Virus record (IMG/VR): IMGVR_UViG_3300017917_002434
Span: 124,001-188,000 of that record
Direction: 5' to 3' (one strand)
Length of the DNA stretch: 64,000 nt
Shown here piece by piece: positions 63,690-64,000 of this stretch; the stretch's first letter is position 1; the number at the start of each line of letters is the position of its first letter. The notes under the pieces are model-generated. The model saw only the letters and a program-made list of their open reading frames with translations. It did not search any database and was not told where the DNA came from. The position numbers were made by a program, and so were the translations under genes.

Positions 63690-64000
63690 ATGACATATTA
63701 CATAGGTGATTTTAACGTAGAAGGTATTTTAGGTGTTGGAGTTCCTAGATATTTTTATGGATTAAGAAGAACAGCTGACGGAGAACTTTATTTGGGTAGA
63801 CTTGATCAGCTTGATCCAGAAGGTGTGTTAGAAATTAACCAGCCCGGAATACCAGAAGACAATTACAATGACTTTGAAGTCGGAACAGATTTTTTTGAAG
63901 GTATTGATGTTAACCACGATACCGTGTATAAAAACTTAAATTATCAGCAATATCGTTGGGATAACAGAAATTTATATTATTATATCGATGAAGACGGACA
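63690..64000 (+). CDS. Virion-associated hypothetical protein, partial (runs off the right edge); missing from the ORF track
   Basis: ATG 63690 after AAGGA. Reads MTYYIGDFNVEGILGVGVPRYFYGLRRTADGELYL...YQQYRWDNRNLYYYIDEDG and is open to the window end. Confidence 0.7.
   Translation, partial: MTYYIGDFNVEGILGVGVPRYFYGLRRTADGELYLGRLDQLDPEGVLEINQPGIPEDNYNDFEVGTDFFEGIDVNHDTVYKNLNYQQYRWDNRNLYYYIDEDG

Noticed and set aside
1-64000. Stop-codon recoding (alternative genetic code), inteins, tRNA genes
   Set aside because: Very long ORFs are intact in the standard code and TAA, TAG and TGA all end genes. Conserved proteins have normal lengths with no intein splice motifs noticed, and no cloverleaf with a T-loop GTTC and acceptor stem was seen.

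Overview
The window is a gene-dense, AT-rich segment of a large T4-like myovirus (jumbo-phage type, host not identifiable from this sequence). It covers most of the virion morphogenesis region and reads in the standard genetic code. Left arm (minus strand): baseplate and fibre operon with two paralogous fibre-like proteins, a 4890-aa virion protein, and gp6-, gp25-, gp5-, hub-, gp53- and gp48-like genes. Middle (plus strand): late sigma factor gp55, gp47/gp46, a small basic protein and a GIY-YIG-like protein, followed by a 445-nt non-coding, densely base-paired element. Next are a gp26-like tail chaperone with a canonical-looking -1 frameshift signal, two tandem tape-measure-like paralogs (one carrying an M23 peptidase), and the head operon (portal gp20, core proteins, protease gp21, scaffold gp22, capsid gp23). 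Right arm: virion and fibre genes, including two paralogs of about 2000 aa with matching repeat architecture. T4-type late promoters (TAAATA/TATAAATA) precede most late units. The best leads are the large structured element abutting the GIY-YIG gene, the frameshift signal, and two structured 5' leaders. I saw no tRNA, rRNA, CRISPR array, integrase or transposase. All family assignments come from motif recognition by eye, not from database searches.
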